Positions 38,101-46,346 of a DNA stretch of 64,000 nucleotides are shown here, piece by piece. Position numbers and translations under genes: made by a program. Below the pieces are notes generated by a model. It saw nothing but the letters and a program-made list of their open reading frames with translations. It had not been told where the DNA came from and did not search any database. Numbering within the stretch: the first letter of the stretch is position 1; every line of letters starts with the position of its first letter. The stretch lies in IMG/VR virus record IMGVR_UViG_3300025133_009393, one strand, 5' to 3'. Origin of the DNA: a virus.

Positions 38101-41100
38101 CTAGAATCGCCTAGTATAACAGCGTCATGACTACCTTTCTGATCTTCAATTATTCCCTCGCCAGTAGCAACAGGACCTCCTGTAAAATCAACAGCAGTAA
38201 TATGATCGCCAACAGTTGTAATACTTTTATTTCCAGTAGAGCCGCCCACTTCTTGTGTGAGGGTAATTGTTTGATTCGAACCATCGGCTGCGCTTGAGCC
38301 TGGTGATATTGCTCCGAATGCAATTGCTGGATTGTCAGCTGCGAGGGCGATGGAGACAGTAGCGCTGTCTGCGACGAGGACTGTCTCGACGGCGATTGAG
38401 TATGGGTTACTCAAATCTTTTGTAGCTATTGTTAAAACTGGAGGGCTGACGTCAGTATTAAGAACATTATTTCCGAGAGATTGTGTTGAGTCAAATGCAA
38501 TCTTGAGCGAGTTTCCTGAAGCGTCTGTAAGAGTGATCGTTTGGCTGTCGAGGACCGATTGTGGAAGTATTCCAGTAGCACCGTCACTAAAAGACCATGG
38601 ATAAGACTGGCTGGATTCCTTACCCCAGCTTTGATTTGTGATATCGACACCCAAGAAAGATATAGTTTTATTTCCTGCGGCGCCTTCTGCATCTTGAGTT
38701 AATGTAATCGGAGACACAATGGTCACCAAGCCCGTAGCTGCATTGTTTAGGGTGTTTGTGGTTGGCTCGGTTGCAGTAATTTTCCAGCCATTTTGTTTTG
38801 CCAAAACAAACGCTTCATATATCCTATTTGATATAGCTGCTTTTGTAGCAGGATTGTCTCCAACTTTTATAGTTATAGTTTTTGGAGGGCCTGCAGCATA
38901 TGTCAGGGCGCCGTCGTTGCCGCCGCTAAACGTTGGAGGGCTAGCGCCCCAATTCCAGCCGCCGGATTTCTTTAATACACTTGACAAAGCTTCGTTGTGA
39001 AGGCCGATAGTGCCATTTCCAGCTTCACCTGATACATCCTGTACTAAATTTACACTCCATGGATTATCTGTAGCAGAGGTACCTCCTACAGCTGAATAAG
39101 AGCCGGCTGTAACCTTTAAAACGCCGGCGGCTTTAGCTTGAGTAACTGCATTAGAAATCGTGGCAGCAATAAGTTTAGGGGTGATCAGGCCGTCGTCTAT
39201 TTGTTGAAATGTACCCATTCCCATGCTAACTTCTGCTTTATAGCCCGTAGTAACATCCGCGGTTATCACAGTGGTATTATTAAAAGTCAACTCGTCTGTA
39301 CTAACAACAAGATCCTTTACAAAGTAAAATAATACTCGATTACCTTCTGTGTCTTTTATCCAAAATTTTTCAAATTGAGGAGTATTGGCGAGGAGCAGAG
39401 CGTTAAAATTACCGCCGGCGCTGGTCACTGCAGGAATTAAAAGAGTAGAATTTGTTGATGCAGCGGATGGCGCGGCGCTGGTGTGAGAAAACAAGAATTT
39501 TGCGGGGGTACCTTCATAATCTTCTAACTGAAAATATTCTCCATCCAAGGCAGACCAAAAATCAGACAGTGGTTCCGTTGGCTCAGGAACAAAGAAATCT
39601 TTACTAGCAGCGTTGCCAATAACTTCGGTCGGCCAAGAATCACCGCTGATAGTAACACTGCCTTCGGCATAAGTAGAATTTACGTAATCGGTATAATCTG
39701 ATCCACACTTATCATTTACATCGCCCATTGCCCACCAAGCAACCAAGTTGGAGACACTTGAATGCTCATTTAAGTTGGTTGATTTGCCACCATTATAGAT
39801 CTCTGTTACTTTATCCGCAGCAAGAGTAGCATCCCACAAACTTACCTCGTCTATGGTGGCATCACAACTATCCGTGACAGCTGCGCGGGCTCCGATGGTA
39901 AATTTATTGCTAGTGTTGGACATGCCGGTATATCCGGGACTTCCGGAGGTTCCAAAATCAGTAGTACCATTAGATGTTTTAAGCTCGCCATTTACATATA
40001 TAGACATGTTGGTTTTGCCGGCTGCGCTAGCGCCATTATATGTACATACTACGTTGTCCCACACATCATGCTTTCCGTTAAATCCGCTAGAGATATCATA
40101 GAAAAGTTTGTGGCCGGTCGCATTTGCATCGGCGGCGCATGTTCCGTCTAAACAAGTGCCAGGTTCTGCGCTTCCAAGCTGAAATACCAAGAACCTGTCA
40201 TCTTTGTCTGCAGAGACTGCAGTGCCCTCAGAACCAGTGGTATACAGGTATACCGCATATTCTCCGCTCTTGCCGGCTAGCCATTCTTTAGTATTTGTAG
40301 CTGTTACATCTTTTCTCTTAATCCACATGCTTAAGCTGAATGAGTCATCTTGTCCGGGGGTGCCGTTGTTAAAACTTAAATCATCATGATCTTCAGCCTC
40401 AACAATAACACTATTATCTGTCTGCGATCCAAAGTCAAAGCCTTTGCTGCCTGGAACGGTTACATAATTTGGACCGGCAGGAGCTGGTCTGTAAGAAGTA
40501 TTCCTGTGTATCTTGTGATACGACGCAGTTAGGAATACATCAACATCTCCATATAATTTTAAACCGTCGCCGTTGGGCGCGCCAACAGATTTTTGTTCTG
40601 CACCATCACGTAAGCCAAATTTCTCGCTATGTCTAACCAGAAGACTAGAGGTGCCAATATTTGCCAAGAATCTTCTTGTGCCCCAATTTCTCCAAGGAAG
40701 AGCATTGTAAACTGAGAAAGTTTCTGATGCGCGATCTAAAAAGCCTCTAGATAAGGTTGCAACGTCGCCTGGAGCAGAGAATCTTTCAGCAATAACAGTT
40801 TTATTTCTGGTACCATCAGCTAGCTTTCCGCGATCAACTAATTTATAGTCTTGCAAGCCGTACACAGCATCGAGATTGGATAAAGAATCTTCGACGCCTC
40901 CGGCGCCTTTTGATCCAGAACGGAACCACATATTATTAACATTGCGCCCAGAAGTTTGTACAACTTGATAATTGTGTTCATAATTACCAATAATCGTTGG
41001 TAGTTTTTGATGTCCCTTTTGTTCTTCTATTAATGTCTCCCCGCGGAAACGCCCAACTGCTCCGCCGGCCGGTGCAGAAGCTGTATGTTTGATATTCCTA

Positions 41101-44100
41101 ATGTTTACAGGCCTTTTTGCATATTCGTCGCGGTAATAAGGAGCGCGGGGACGATGCAAGTCAAATCTCAGAGAACTGTCTGTATCCTGCTTTGTTACCT
41201 TTTTGTAATTAATATCATACAAAGTCATTCTAGCGCTGTCTAATAAGTCTACGGGCAAAGATATATCGTCAATTGCTGCAAATCCGTTGCCACCAAAGCT
41301 TGTATGACCATGATTAACAATTCTAATAAAGAATTTAGTACCGATAAGCGACGACAAATCAATTTTTGCCAACTTCCACAAGCCTCCAAACTTGCCAGTA
41401 AGATGATGACCTTGGTCCCCTGTTATTGAAGTCGCATCAGTGCCATCCCAATTAACTGTAAAATCTGTAAATGTAGATGTAATTTCCTTTCCGCTGGCAT
41501 ACTGCACTCTTAACGTACCCGGGTTGGTGCCTCGTAGCTGATAATAAAATTTAAATTCCGGAGGGGCTGATATCGGATCGACATCACTTAAATCAATTTG
41601 CGGGGTAAAGAAACTAAATTCTCTGACTTTGGAAAATTCGTATTGGCCGCCGTTTATAAGATCATCGGCTGGCGATAATGGATTGCCTGTTTTTTTCGCG
41701 AAATTCAAAGCGGCGCCTTTGCTAATGGGGGTGAGAAGCATTCTATCGCCAGAACGTGGAAGGAGGAGTTTACCATACGACTTGGCGATGGCGCCCATTC
41801 CGGTACCTGTGTGGAGGCCAAAACCAAATGAAGGTACCTTGTCACCGATATCAATATATTTTAAAGCAGAGTCCGTTTGAGGGCGATTGTCAAAACCCAG
41901 ATCTCCTAAAGTATTATTTGCTTGATTAAACTGTGTTGAATTTTCCCATTGATCAAAGTTATCATTTATAAGATATTCGCCTTGTTTTCCTCCTACCGGA
42001 GCCTGTAGATACCAAGCTTCTGGGCGGGTTGCCTCAGTATCACTTCCTCTAATTGAAGAAGAATAATTTATATCAATGTGCCTGTGCTGCTGCCCACCAA
42101 CATATTTTTCAGTAAACGGACCTTGCATTGGTATCTCATTTCCAATAATATACTTATCTTCATGCAAATTTGTTACTGTAATTCTAGAGGCGCTTACAAA
42201 GGTGGCATAAGAAGGCTTGTCTATTGAAGCAGAATAAATTGAGAATGGAGCTATCAAGCCAGGCTTCATGTTGCCATAGATATTATAGCTCGAAGATTCA
42301 ATAGGTACTCCATTCGAATAAACCTGTGCCTTTCCTAATATTTTGCTCTTAATGCTTAATGATCTGTTCTCATCACACACGGGAGGCTGGGTTGTATTTT
42401 TTTCAAAAGTGATATATGAAAGTGGATCGGCCCACCTGATTGCATGCCGATGATAGCCATGAAGCTTATTCATACCTTCGTTTGATCCGCCGTCTAAATG
42501 TTTTGATTTTTCAATATCAAATTTGTATGGACGCGAAAGTCTTCTCAAGGCGTATGTTGAACCTTTGTACGTGGTTCCATCAGAACCTTTGCGACGAGGG
42601 CCGGATGCACTATTTTCAGTTGTGACAATATAATTTATAGTATTGCGCTGAGAGTCTAGAGTAGCATCTCCCGACGATAAGGCAGACAAATCTCGGTCAG
42701 CGCGTTCGTTCCACCACAGGCAGTTTTTATTCTGTTCTGTATGTGAACTTTTACTTGGATCGTCAGAAGCCGATGCGTGGCCGAACTTCCAGTTATATAA
42801 CAACTCATTAATTCCCATTATCTTGGCTTCTGGGGGAGGCTGATTCATCTCTAGCGTTGGAAACTTATTCCAATACTTGTTTCTTTCAAGAACATGGCTC
42901 TCGATCATATTACGCATACTATCACTAGCATTTGCAGAAGCCGGCAATAGACCCTGAATCATGCGTATTATTGCAGAATCAAACCACTTGTAATAGCTTA
43001 AGTATTTTTCTATATCCGGAGTATTCTGAACTCTCTCAAAGAAAAGTTGGCGGAGCTTGCCCATTTCTTTATAATCTTGTCGATATTTATTTATCGGATC
43101 GCCTATAACATTATTGAAATACTCTACAGTATCGAAGAAACTAATCATTTCTTCAGAGATTGTTTGATACATACTTTTCTCTAAAGCAATATAATATTGT
43201 ATAGGCTTGGTCTCTCTGGTAAAAACATCGTCGTCCTGTTCGACAATATTGATCATATCATCAGAATTTATAAGCTCCGGTAATTGTTTTTTACCTGCAG
43301 CGACGTAGAATTTATCAACTATCTTATTGCTACTAGTTGCAAAGAATTGCCCCTTAGCATCGTGATATTTATCTACGATATCAGCAAATAAGCTTGGATA
43401 TCTAGACAAATAATTACTTGAACCCGATGAGAAATCAGACACATAGAATGTTCCATCGGCGGCCGATGAAGATACGTTTTCAAAATCCCAATTTAATATT
43501 AATGTCTCGATAGGCCGGATGTGGGCGCCCGAAAGTTGATGCTGGCTAAAATATGAATTACCGTAATCATGAGATCTACCAAAATTCTTTGGATCCAAAG
43601 CGTGTGCTTTGACAGAAGCGGTAGGAAGATAGTCGAGCCAAGCTCTCACTGAGCCTATTTTTACGTCTGAGAGTGTTACTACGCTGCCAGTAAAGTCTGT
43701 GCGATGCGCACCAGCATATATTCTCTTTGGAGCAGATACAAATTTTCTTCCGCCGTCATATGAAAGGCTCTTTGTTACGTGAAATTCATTAACAATATGG
43801 CCTAATTCTCTATTAACTCCATAGAATTCTAATTTGTAACCAGTAGAGGCGTCAATAGAGCCGGATGAGCCAGAAACTAAATCAATATATTTTTTCTCAG
43901 GGCTTACCGAAACTGCAAAATTCCACTTCGAGTTATCGTAAACTTCTGGATAATATTCGGAACTAAGTGTGATTGAACCACTAAGATTTACAGCGAAGCG
44001 TGCGTCGGTATCATTAACGGTACTTTGTACCGAATATACCTTAAAATGAGCGTGATCGTTGCTAGCGTCGGCGCCATTCATCCATTTAATTGTGCTAGCG

Positions 44101-46346
44101 TTATTGGGATCCAGCTGATGCATTCCAAAAATAGAACTTGATCCTAAAATCGGTGCGGCGCCGAGTGTTTTATTTGTTGCAACTTTCTTAGGAAAGATTG
44201 CCTCTGCCTCAGCTGAAAAAGAAAATCCATCCAAATGCTCGCCATTAAAAATGTTAGTTCCGCTAATATAATTAACTGAATCTTCATTTACAGCATCTGT
44301 GTTCTGATATACTGTTCCTTGGAATGGAGCTTGTCCTAATGGTGTTCTATGTACGTAATCATTAAAGTCGACATATTTATTATCAAATGTGTTTACCCTG
44401 TAGTTATCTTCAAAGCGATAAGTGGCATTATCAGCGTATAAGTTAATTTTTATCAACTCGTCGTCGACGCCAAAGCTTCTTAAAACATTTCTCAGCGATC
44501 TTTCAGTACCCTTTGATTTATAAGTGGGTACCAAACCATTATAAATGTTTTGATAAATTAAATTTTTAATCTCCTCTATCTTCATTCCAAAAGAAGCGCT
44601 TTCATTGCGATTATAATATCTTTCAAGCGTCGAAAGATCAGTAAGCAAATCCGAAGTATCAAAACCATACGATTGCAATAATTTATCAGTAAATGCAATC
44701 GGCTTGTCATAAACAACTGCGCCGGCGCTGCTGCTAGGATATGTAATATTTTTTAATTTTGGCAGCTCGTCTATTTGTATTTGCAAGGTATCAAAATAGC
44801 TAGCCATAATTTGTGTAAGCTTTTTGAGTACAGCTGAGCCGCCCTTGCTTGATTCTGTATCAGATTCAATGATCCAAGATGGAAGACTGTGAAAGATTGA
44901 TGAGTTGTTCTTTACATCCCATTCGAGCCCTTCTTGTGCTTTCCTATCATAGTAGGCTTTAACATCCGGATGGGTTGAATATATGATAGGATCTTTATAT
45001 TCGGATTCTACATGTCCGGATTGAACGATCGCCGACTCAGTACTTCTAGAATCAGACTGATATCCTTCCCAAGCACCATTTGATATTCTACCAGAATAAT
45101 CTAGCGCGATGGAATCTTTTGCGCTATCTCCAGTAATTCCCTCATTAAACTTATAATAAACACCCAAATCTACATTTGAAGTATCTGTATTGGTGCCTCC
45201 ACCAACTTGAAATTTCCAAAAGCGGCCTATCTGCTTGGCGGTTCTAATTCTCTTCCAGTATCTAAATTCATCAAAAGAGGTATATGCAACATTTCCCCAG
45301 CCTTTGTCGCCAGAGGTAAGATTACTATCCTCACTCGGCGTAGTTATGTCTCCGGCTTGAGGAGACGCCTGTGCGCCAAGAGCTGCTACCATGTTGCCTT
45401 CAATCGAGCCTACATAGCCGCTAACTCCATCTCCATCGTAACTCGGAGCACTTAACGAAGATTGTTCTTTTCCGTCTACATATAATTTAGTAATATTAGA
45501 GTCGCTTTCTACCCCAAACGTAAGTGCATAATGATGCCATTGGCCGTCGGCGATATCGCTTAAACCAGTTTCGTGATCCCAACGATTGGCGACAGAGCCA
45601 GAACTAGCCCAAATTCTTATTTGTGATTTTACTGTAGCGTCATTGGCAGAATATAGTGCAAAGTGGCCATATTGCGCGCCGGTGGCTCCTATAGAGCCCA
45701 TATCATATAAATATTCTATTTTGCTAGCACCGGACCAATCATTCTTTTTCATCCAAAATTCAACAGTAATACCTCTACTCATATTAAATTCAAGGTTACT
45801 GCCTCTTAGACTACCAGTGTGGTATATGTTTGCTTTTGATTTTCCTTTTCCTGCGGGGCCCGTCGCGAGCGGGCTTTTATAGTCTCCATTGGGATCCGCG
45901 TGGGGGCCGCCATAAAAAAGAATATATTGTGGAGCGCTTGAGCTATAAACCGGCCAATCAGTATCAGAAAACTTAGTACTAGTATACGTGTGGGAAGCGC
46001 TATTAAATGTTGCGAATCCATTTGTCCTTGGATACTCTTTCTCGAAAATGAATCTCTGCAAGTAAGAGCCGGTATTGTGCCAAGAGATTTTCTCTTTTAG
46101 AGAGCCGTCATAAGGAAAGGTTTTGTAAATATTACTAATAGTATCTTTATAATATTCTTCGGCCGAACCATACCTGGCAAAATACTGAGGTTTTGAAAAA
46201 TCAACCGCTGGCATGAATCTTTCAGCGTCTCTTTCAAATTCGGTAACGTAGCTAGCGGATTCCATGCCATCGTCTAAGACGCCATTGAGCGTCTTGGAAG
46301 ATATAATTTTTCCGTCGCCTTTATTAAATAAGTTTTTAATACTCAT
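32178..46346 (-). CDS. Giant (4722 aa) baseplate wedge/receptor-binding protein (gp7-like scaffold with LamG, MAM and inserted beta domains)
   Basis: YKSKGTERSLRNVLRSFG is a gp7/P2-gpI-type motif. LamG motifs TVEFWMK..DGQWHHYAL..FDEFRYW and SLSMWIK..IDEVSLW..LVAWW; MAM motif FYYQLRG..GTLRV..W..AKIDL..AAIDDISL. It follows gp6. Confidence 0.75.
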   Translation of the reverse strand: MSIKNLFNKGDGKIISSKTLNGVLDDGMESASYVTEFERDAERFMPAVDFSKPQYFARYGSAEEYYKDTISNIYKTFPYDGSLKEKISWHNTGSYLQRFIFEKEYPRTNGFATFNSASHTYTSTKFSDTDWPVYSSSAPQYILFYGGPHADPNGDYKSPLATGPAGKGKSKANIYHTGSLRGSNLEFNMSRGITVEFWMKKNDWSGASKIEYLYDMGSIGATGAQYGHFALYSANDATVKSQIRIWASSGSVANRWDHETGLSDIADGQWHHYALTFGVESDSNITKLYVDGKEQSSLSAPSYDGDGVSGYVGSIEGNMVAALGAQASPQAGDITTPSEDSNLTSGDKGWGNVAYTSFDEFRYWKRIRTAKQIGRFWKFQVGGGTNTDTSNVDLGVYYKFNEGITGDSAKDSIALDYSGRISNGAWEGYQSDSRSTESAIVQSGHVESEYKDPIIYSTHPDVKAYYDRKAQEGLEWDVKNNSSIFHSLPSWIIESDTESSKGGSAVLKKLTQIMASYFDTLQIQIDELPKLKNITYPSSSAGAVVYDKPIAFTDKLLQSYGFDTSDLLTDLSTLERYYNRNESASFGMKIEEIKNLIYQNIYNGLVPTYKSKGTERSLRNVLRSFGVDDELIKINLYADNATYRFEDNYRVNTFDNKYVDFNDYVHRTPLGQAPFQGTVYQNTDAVNEDSVNYISGTNIFNGEHLDGFSFSAEAEAIFPKKVATNKTLGAAPILGSSSIFGMHQLDPNNASTIKWMNGADASNDHAHFKVYSVQSTVNDTDARFAVNLSGSITLSSEYYPEVYDNSKWNFAVSVSPEKKYIDLVSGSSGSIDASTGYKLEFYGVNRELGHIVNEFHVTKSLSYDGGRKFVSAPKRIYAGAHRTDFTGSVVTLSDVKIGSVRAWLDYLPTASVKAHALDPKNFGRSHDYGNSYFSQHQLSGAHIRPIETLILNWDFENVSSSAADGTFYVSDFSSGSSNYLSRYPSLFADIVDKYHDAKGQFFATSSNKIVDKFYVAAGKKQLPELINSDDMINIVEQDDDVFTRETKPIQYYIALEKSMYQTISEEMISFFDTVEYFNNVIGDPINKYRQDYKEMGKLRQLFFERVQNTPDIEKYLSYYKWFDSAIIRMIQGLLPASANASDSMRNMIESHVLERNKYWNKFPTLEMNQPPPEAKIMGINELLYNWKFGHASASDDPSKSSHTEQNKNCLWWNERADRDLSALSSGDATLDSQRNTINYIVTTENSASGPRRKGSDGTTYKGSTYALRRLSRPYKFDIEKSKHLDGGSNEGMNKLHGYHRHAIRWADPLSYITFEKNTTQPPVCDENRSLSIKSKILGKAQVYSNGVPIESSSYNIYGNMKPGLIAPFSIYSASIDKPSYATFVSASRITVTNLHEDKYIIGNEIPMQGPFTEKYVGGQQHRHIDINYSSSIRGSDTEATRPEAWYLQAPVGGKQGEYLINDNFDQWENSTQFNQANNTLGDLGFDNRPQTDSALKYIDIGDKVPSFGFGLHTGTGMGAIAKSYGKLLLPRSGDRMLLTPISKGAALNFAKKTGNPLSPADDLINGGQYEFSKVREFSFFTPQIDLSDVDPISAPPEFKFYYQLRGTNPGTLRVQYASGKEITSTFTDFTVNWDGTDATSITGDQGHHLTGKFGGLWKLAKIDLSSLIGTKFFIRIVNHGHTSFGGNGFAAIDDISLPVDLLDSARMTLYDINYKKVTKQDTDSSLRFDLHRPRAPYYRDEYAKRPVNIRNIKHTASAPAGGAVGRFRGETLIEEQKGHQKLPTIIGNYEHNYQVVQTSGRNVNNMWFRSGSKGAGGVEDSLSNLDAVYGLQDYKLVDRGKLADGTRNKTVIAERFSAPGDVATLSRGFLDRASETFSVYNALPWRNWGTRRFLANIGTSSLLVRHSEKFGLRDGAEQKSVGAPNGDGLKLYGDVDVFLTASYHKIHRNTSYRPAPAGPNYVTVPGSKGFDFGSQTDNSVIVEAEDHDDLSFNNGTPGQDDSFSLSMWIKRKDVTATNTKEWLAGKSGEYAVYLYTTGSEGTAVSADKDDRFLVFQLGSAEPGTCLDGTCAADANATGHKLFYDISSGFNGKHDVWDNVVCTYNGASAAGKTNMSIYVNGELKTSNGTTDFGTSGSPGYTGMSNTSNKFTIGARAAVTDSCDATIDEVSLWDATLAADKVTEIYNGGKSTNLNEHSSVSNLVAWWAMGDVNDKCGSDYTDYVNSTYAEGSVTISGDSWPTEVIGNAASKDFFVPEPTEPLSDFWSALDGEYFQLEDYEGTPAKFLFSHTSAAPSAASTNSTLLIPAVTSAGGNFNALLLANTPQFEKFWIKDTEGNRVLFYFVKDLVVSTDELTFNNTTVITADVTTGYKAEVSMGMGTFQQIDDGLITPKLIAATISNAVTQAKAAGVLKVTAGSYSAVGGTSATDNPWSVNLVQDVSGEAGNGTIGLHNEALSSVLKKSGGWNWGASPPTFSGGNDGALTYAAGPPKTITIKVGDNPATKAAISNRIYEAFVLAKQNGWKITATEPTTNTLNNAATGLVTIVSPITLTQDAEGAAGNKTISFLGVDITNQSWGKESSQSYPWSFSDGATGILPQSVLDSQTITLTDASGNSLKIAFDSTQSLGNNVLNTDVSPPVLTIATKDLSNPYSIAVETVLVADSATVSIALAADNPAIAFGAISPGSSAADGSNQTITLTQEVGGSTGNKSITTVGDHITAVDFTGGPVATGEGIIEDQKGSHDAVILGDSSIDYFVDGTPNYLDYSVDINWQGNDTILKSVHDNWLVQRPIPQSDVQYNWIWRSLDQKQEPFSHLYASSSEAYNSQNPTAPWGYATASHQFRFVSSSDMGSHRDKVSAFYVINQPPGALDGFNVEYFVENWKYGVSRAYVTSPGFMPNDMVGMNTNIHESFDTGSNTLGYLPTGSKFFEYFKTGLTTLPSIGSHMGALAGGIAGNAEVLNGILLHRNGPYHYPSWKQIRTGEHPIARHQRKNSIITITGEEGVFGDKTPYEWGANPSGPGSIYRAYALIHPHRKVLSSGLIIRRYKEPAVTSKFKPMTATARQRTGLDTRFVYTYANNMIKFSNQALNERLKIYEVSDFHASSDNDIHQTVIDSELVGAPYRYTESVWPRGSNTYLNETRKRVEYAEIQGHGPKGIDKISHNTFWKGRHTLAFPDRKRNEGYAYNSQGWLLSRFGGPKLDDGTYFMDYGPTDPMPFCDAVSVAAGLGLGTTALSGKACTVVSASENMNFGGTVLPFCNPCIGSTFQDMPLSAWPLDEGKYGGVMEVHSYHPNSLYEGGMYGPTYKQRWGKTDDFRKCLGRESMSTAETLDAAGSSTVFRGTYNLISGSTFGDHFVSGTFGMKGELAEDPSMNFLTSWASAYWACGTASFFYPFVDKTAANQNTQPSSPGDAINAGYEYTAMGGSDYELHREALVNNEDIDAPVWQSPPTFSTMFRGGYRRPYASPCFFRDPYNNFNVIGLSASFSGGPAGKESGSAETLHGRTVVGGKYKISHHGGPTEVQTNILDFSGALGYVKTAPYYRTNKLAGKNPWYDSYESYIDDVRSLGQDYGVLAEFNMSENMDEYAQYNFDWTRPNPGFLTLKGAKLSSSLGYEPFASHDLALADVLESIGADIANPGGMNGTMDRDFLRRYCISDSVRYRNKMAEDFEIPRRIKLRFDAVTKLMPYYGFYPVTRTLQLATLFSQSIGPYLSSSTDTYKINKRTYLGYNSIKQLWNDGDNAVDDNPLGDDIRFSFTDNYTEPGAEFITASQHPTYQLRTGMAAEGQLIDIESDPYWGADPEYPTIDPGASSIALKVKDGAHFSTKLFDLADAGHEGSIGWKKALLDVHRAGKMQAMLQPTFAPGIMYNTIKSGIAVDYPVYINQADVDPTPQTPSEFTTTEGGPVVALRDYTDGVMMQVKPNFRLPFEAIYDLSKIPSSEQVGDLATSMGLTTETYGRGLELSEIPKIYYTEPAWFQCGTDDQGKAKLGKKMAGSFWAAWGGHRGPLYEKAANNFLSEIPNFFLKNKGLTNFKSAPSSKIKNLIEGKTYIMKVTLEIFDEHSHPNSGNAGVNGEFVMAEGPRKPLVPMNDTATQFQPLPRRGSIFGPALPYQDHRDGQQFTGGPTATGPLLTNAGDIKSTGSSGEMYDLRYHEADPGYAPWTPPYYYGKVHKWLAYTHTTPKMVTTEGGYEMGATPTIDEIHSNIINNPLTTEFNDLGRPLYYREDGTPVRARDIMRRDEALTAGDVPYPHASGYWGHLAYENRMKLTASLDIFKKRAVITQVEVPPQRISPGGTDPLLPPQIVNKVDHIWEISTKFECPVINLSGSSYVGSNRHRPDFVPGSNNKDGYFSDRTGRSIWMGYGNTSNVGEAEKTTLPDGTKVSIPKRGIKLSLSDAAFTDDSHNGSLLDALGFRDNNTEPQELSKYIGQIASGKEISEAVVAIPFLEIEIPKVTFRPFSRYNIDDINFIKIHPDEYFAQWQNFHAGAAAVKIHPSDPTAHTKLNLDQPEQAIGKTGITALMDMVSKYIIPPELDFYHKGIGSSEDAKYEITRRRFGNNEHSGLNPFIMYIHEFKRELNSKDLGDIWQNLLPDTGMRGKKEASSVGTDLAGPNSQYELFGRLDDLLDITVLGHNIHGRNKNTRTLKKIFADPSHPGLKWLVFKVKKRANMYMSQVKYPAAPGISPPGGAISDNIWNTKYSYNWPYDFFSLVEVAKLTVEYDYTKSS

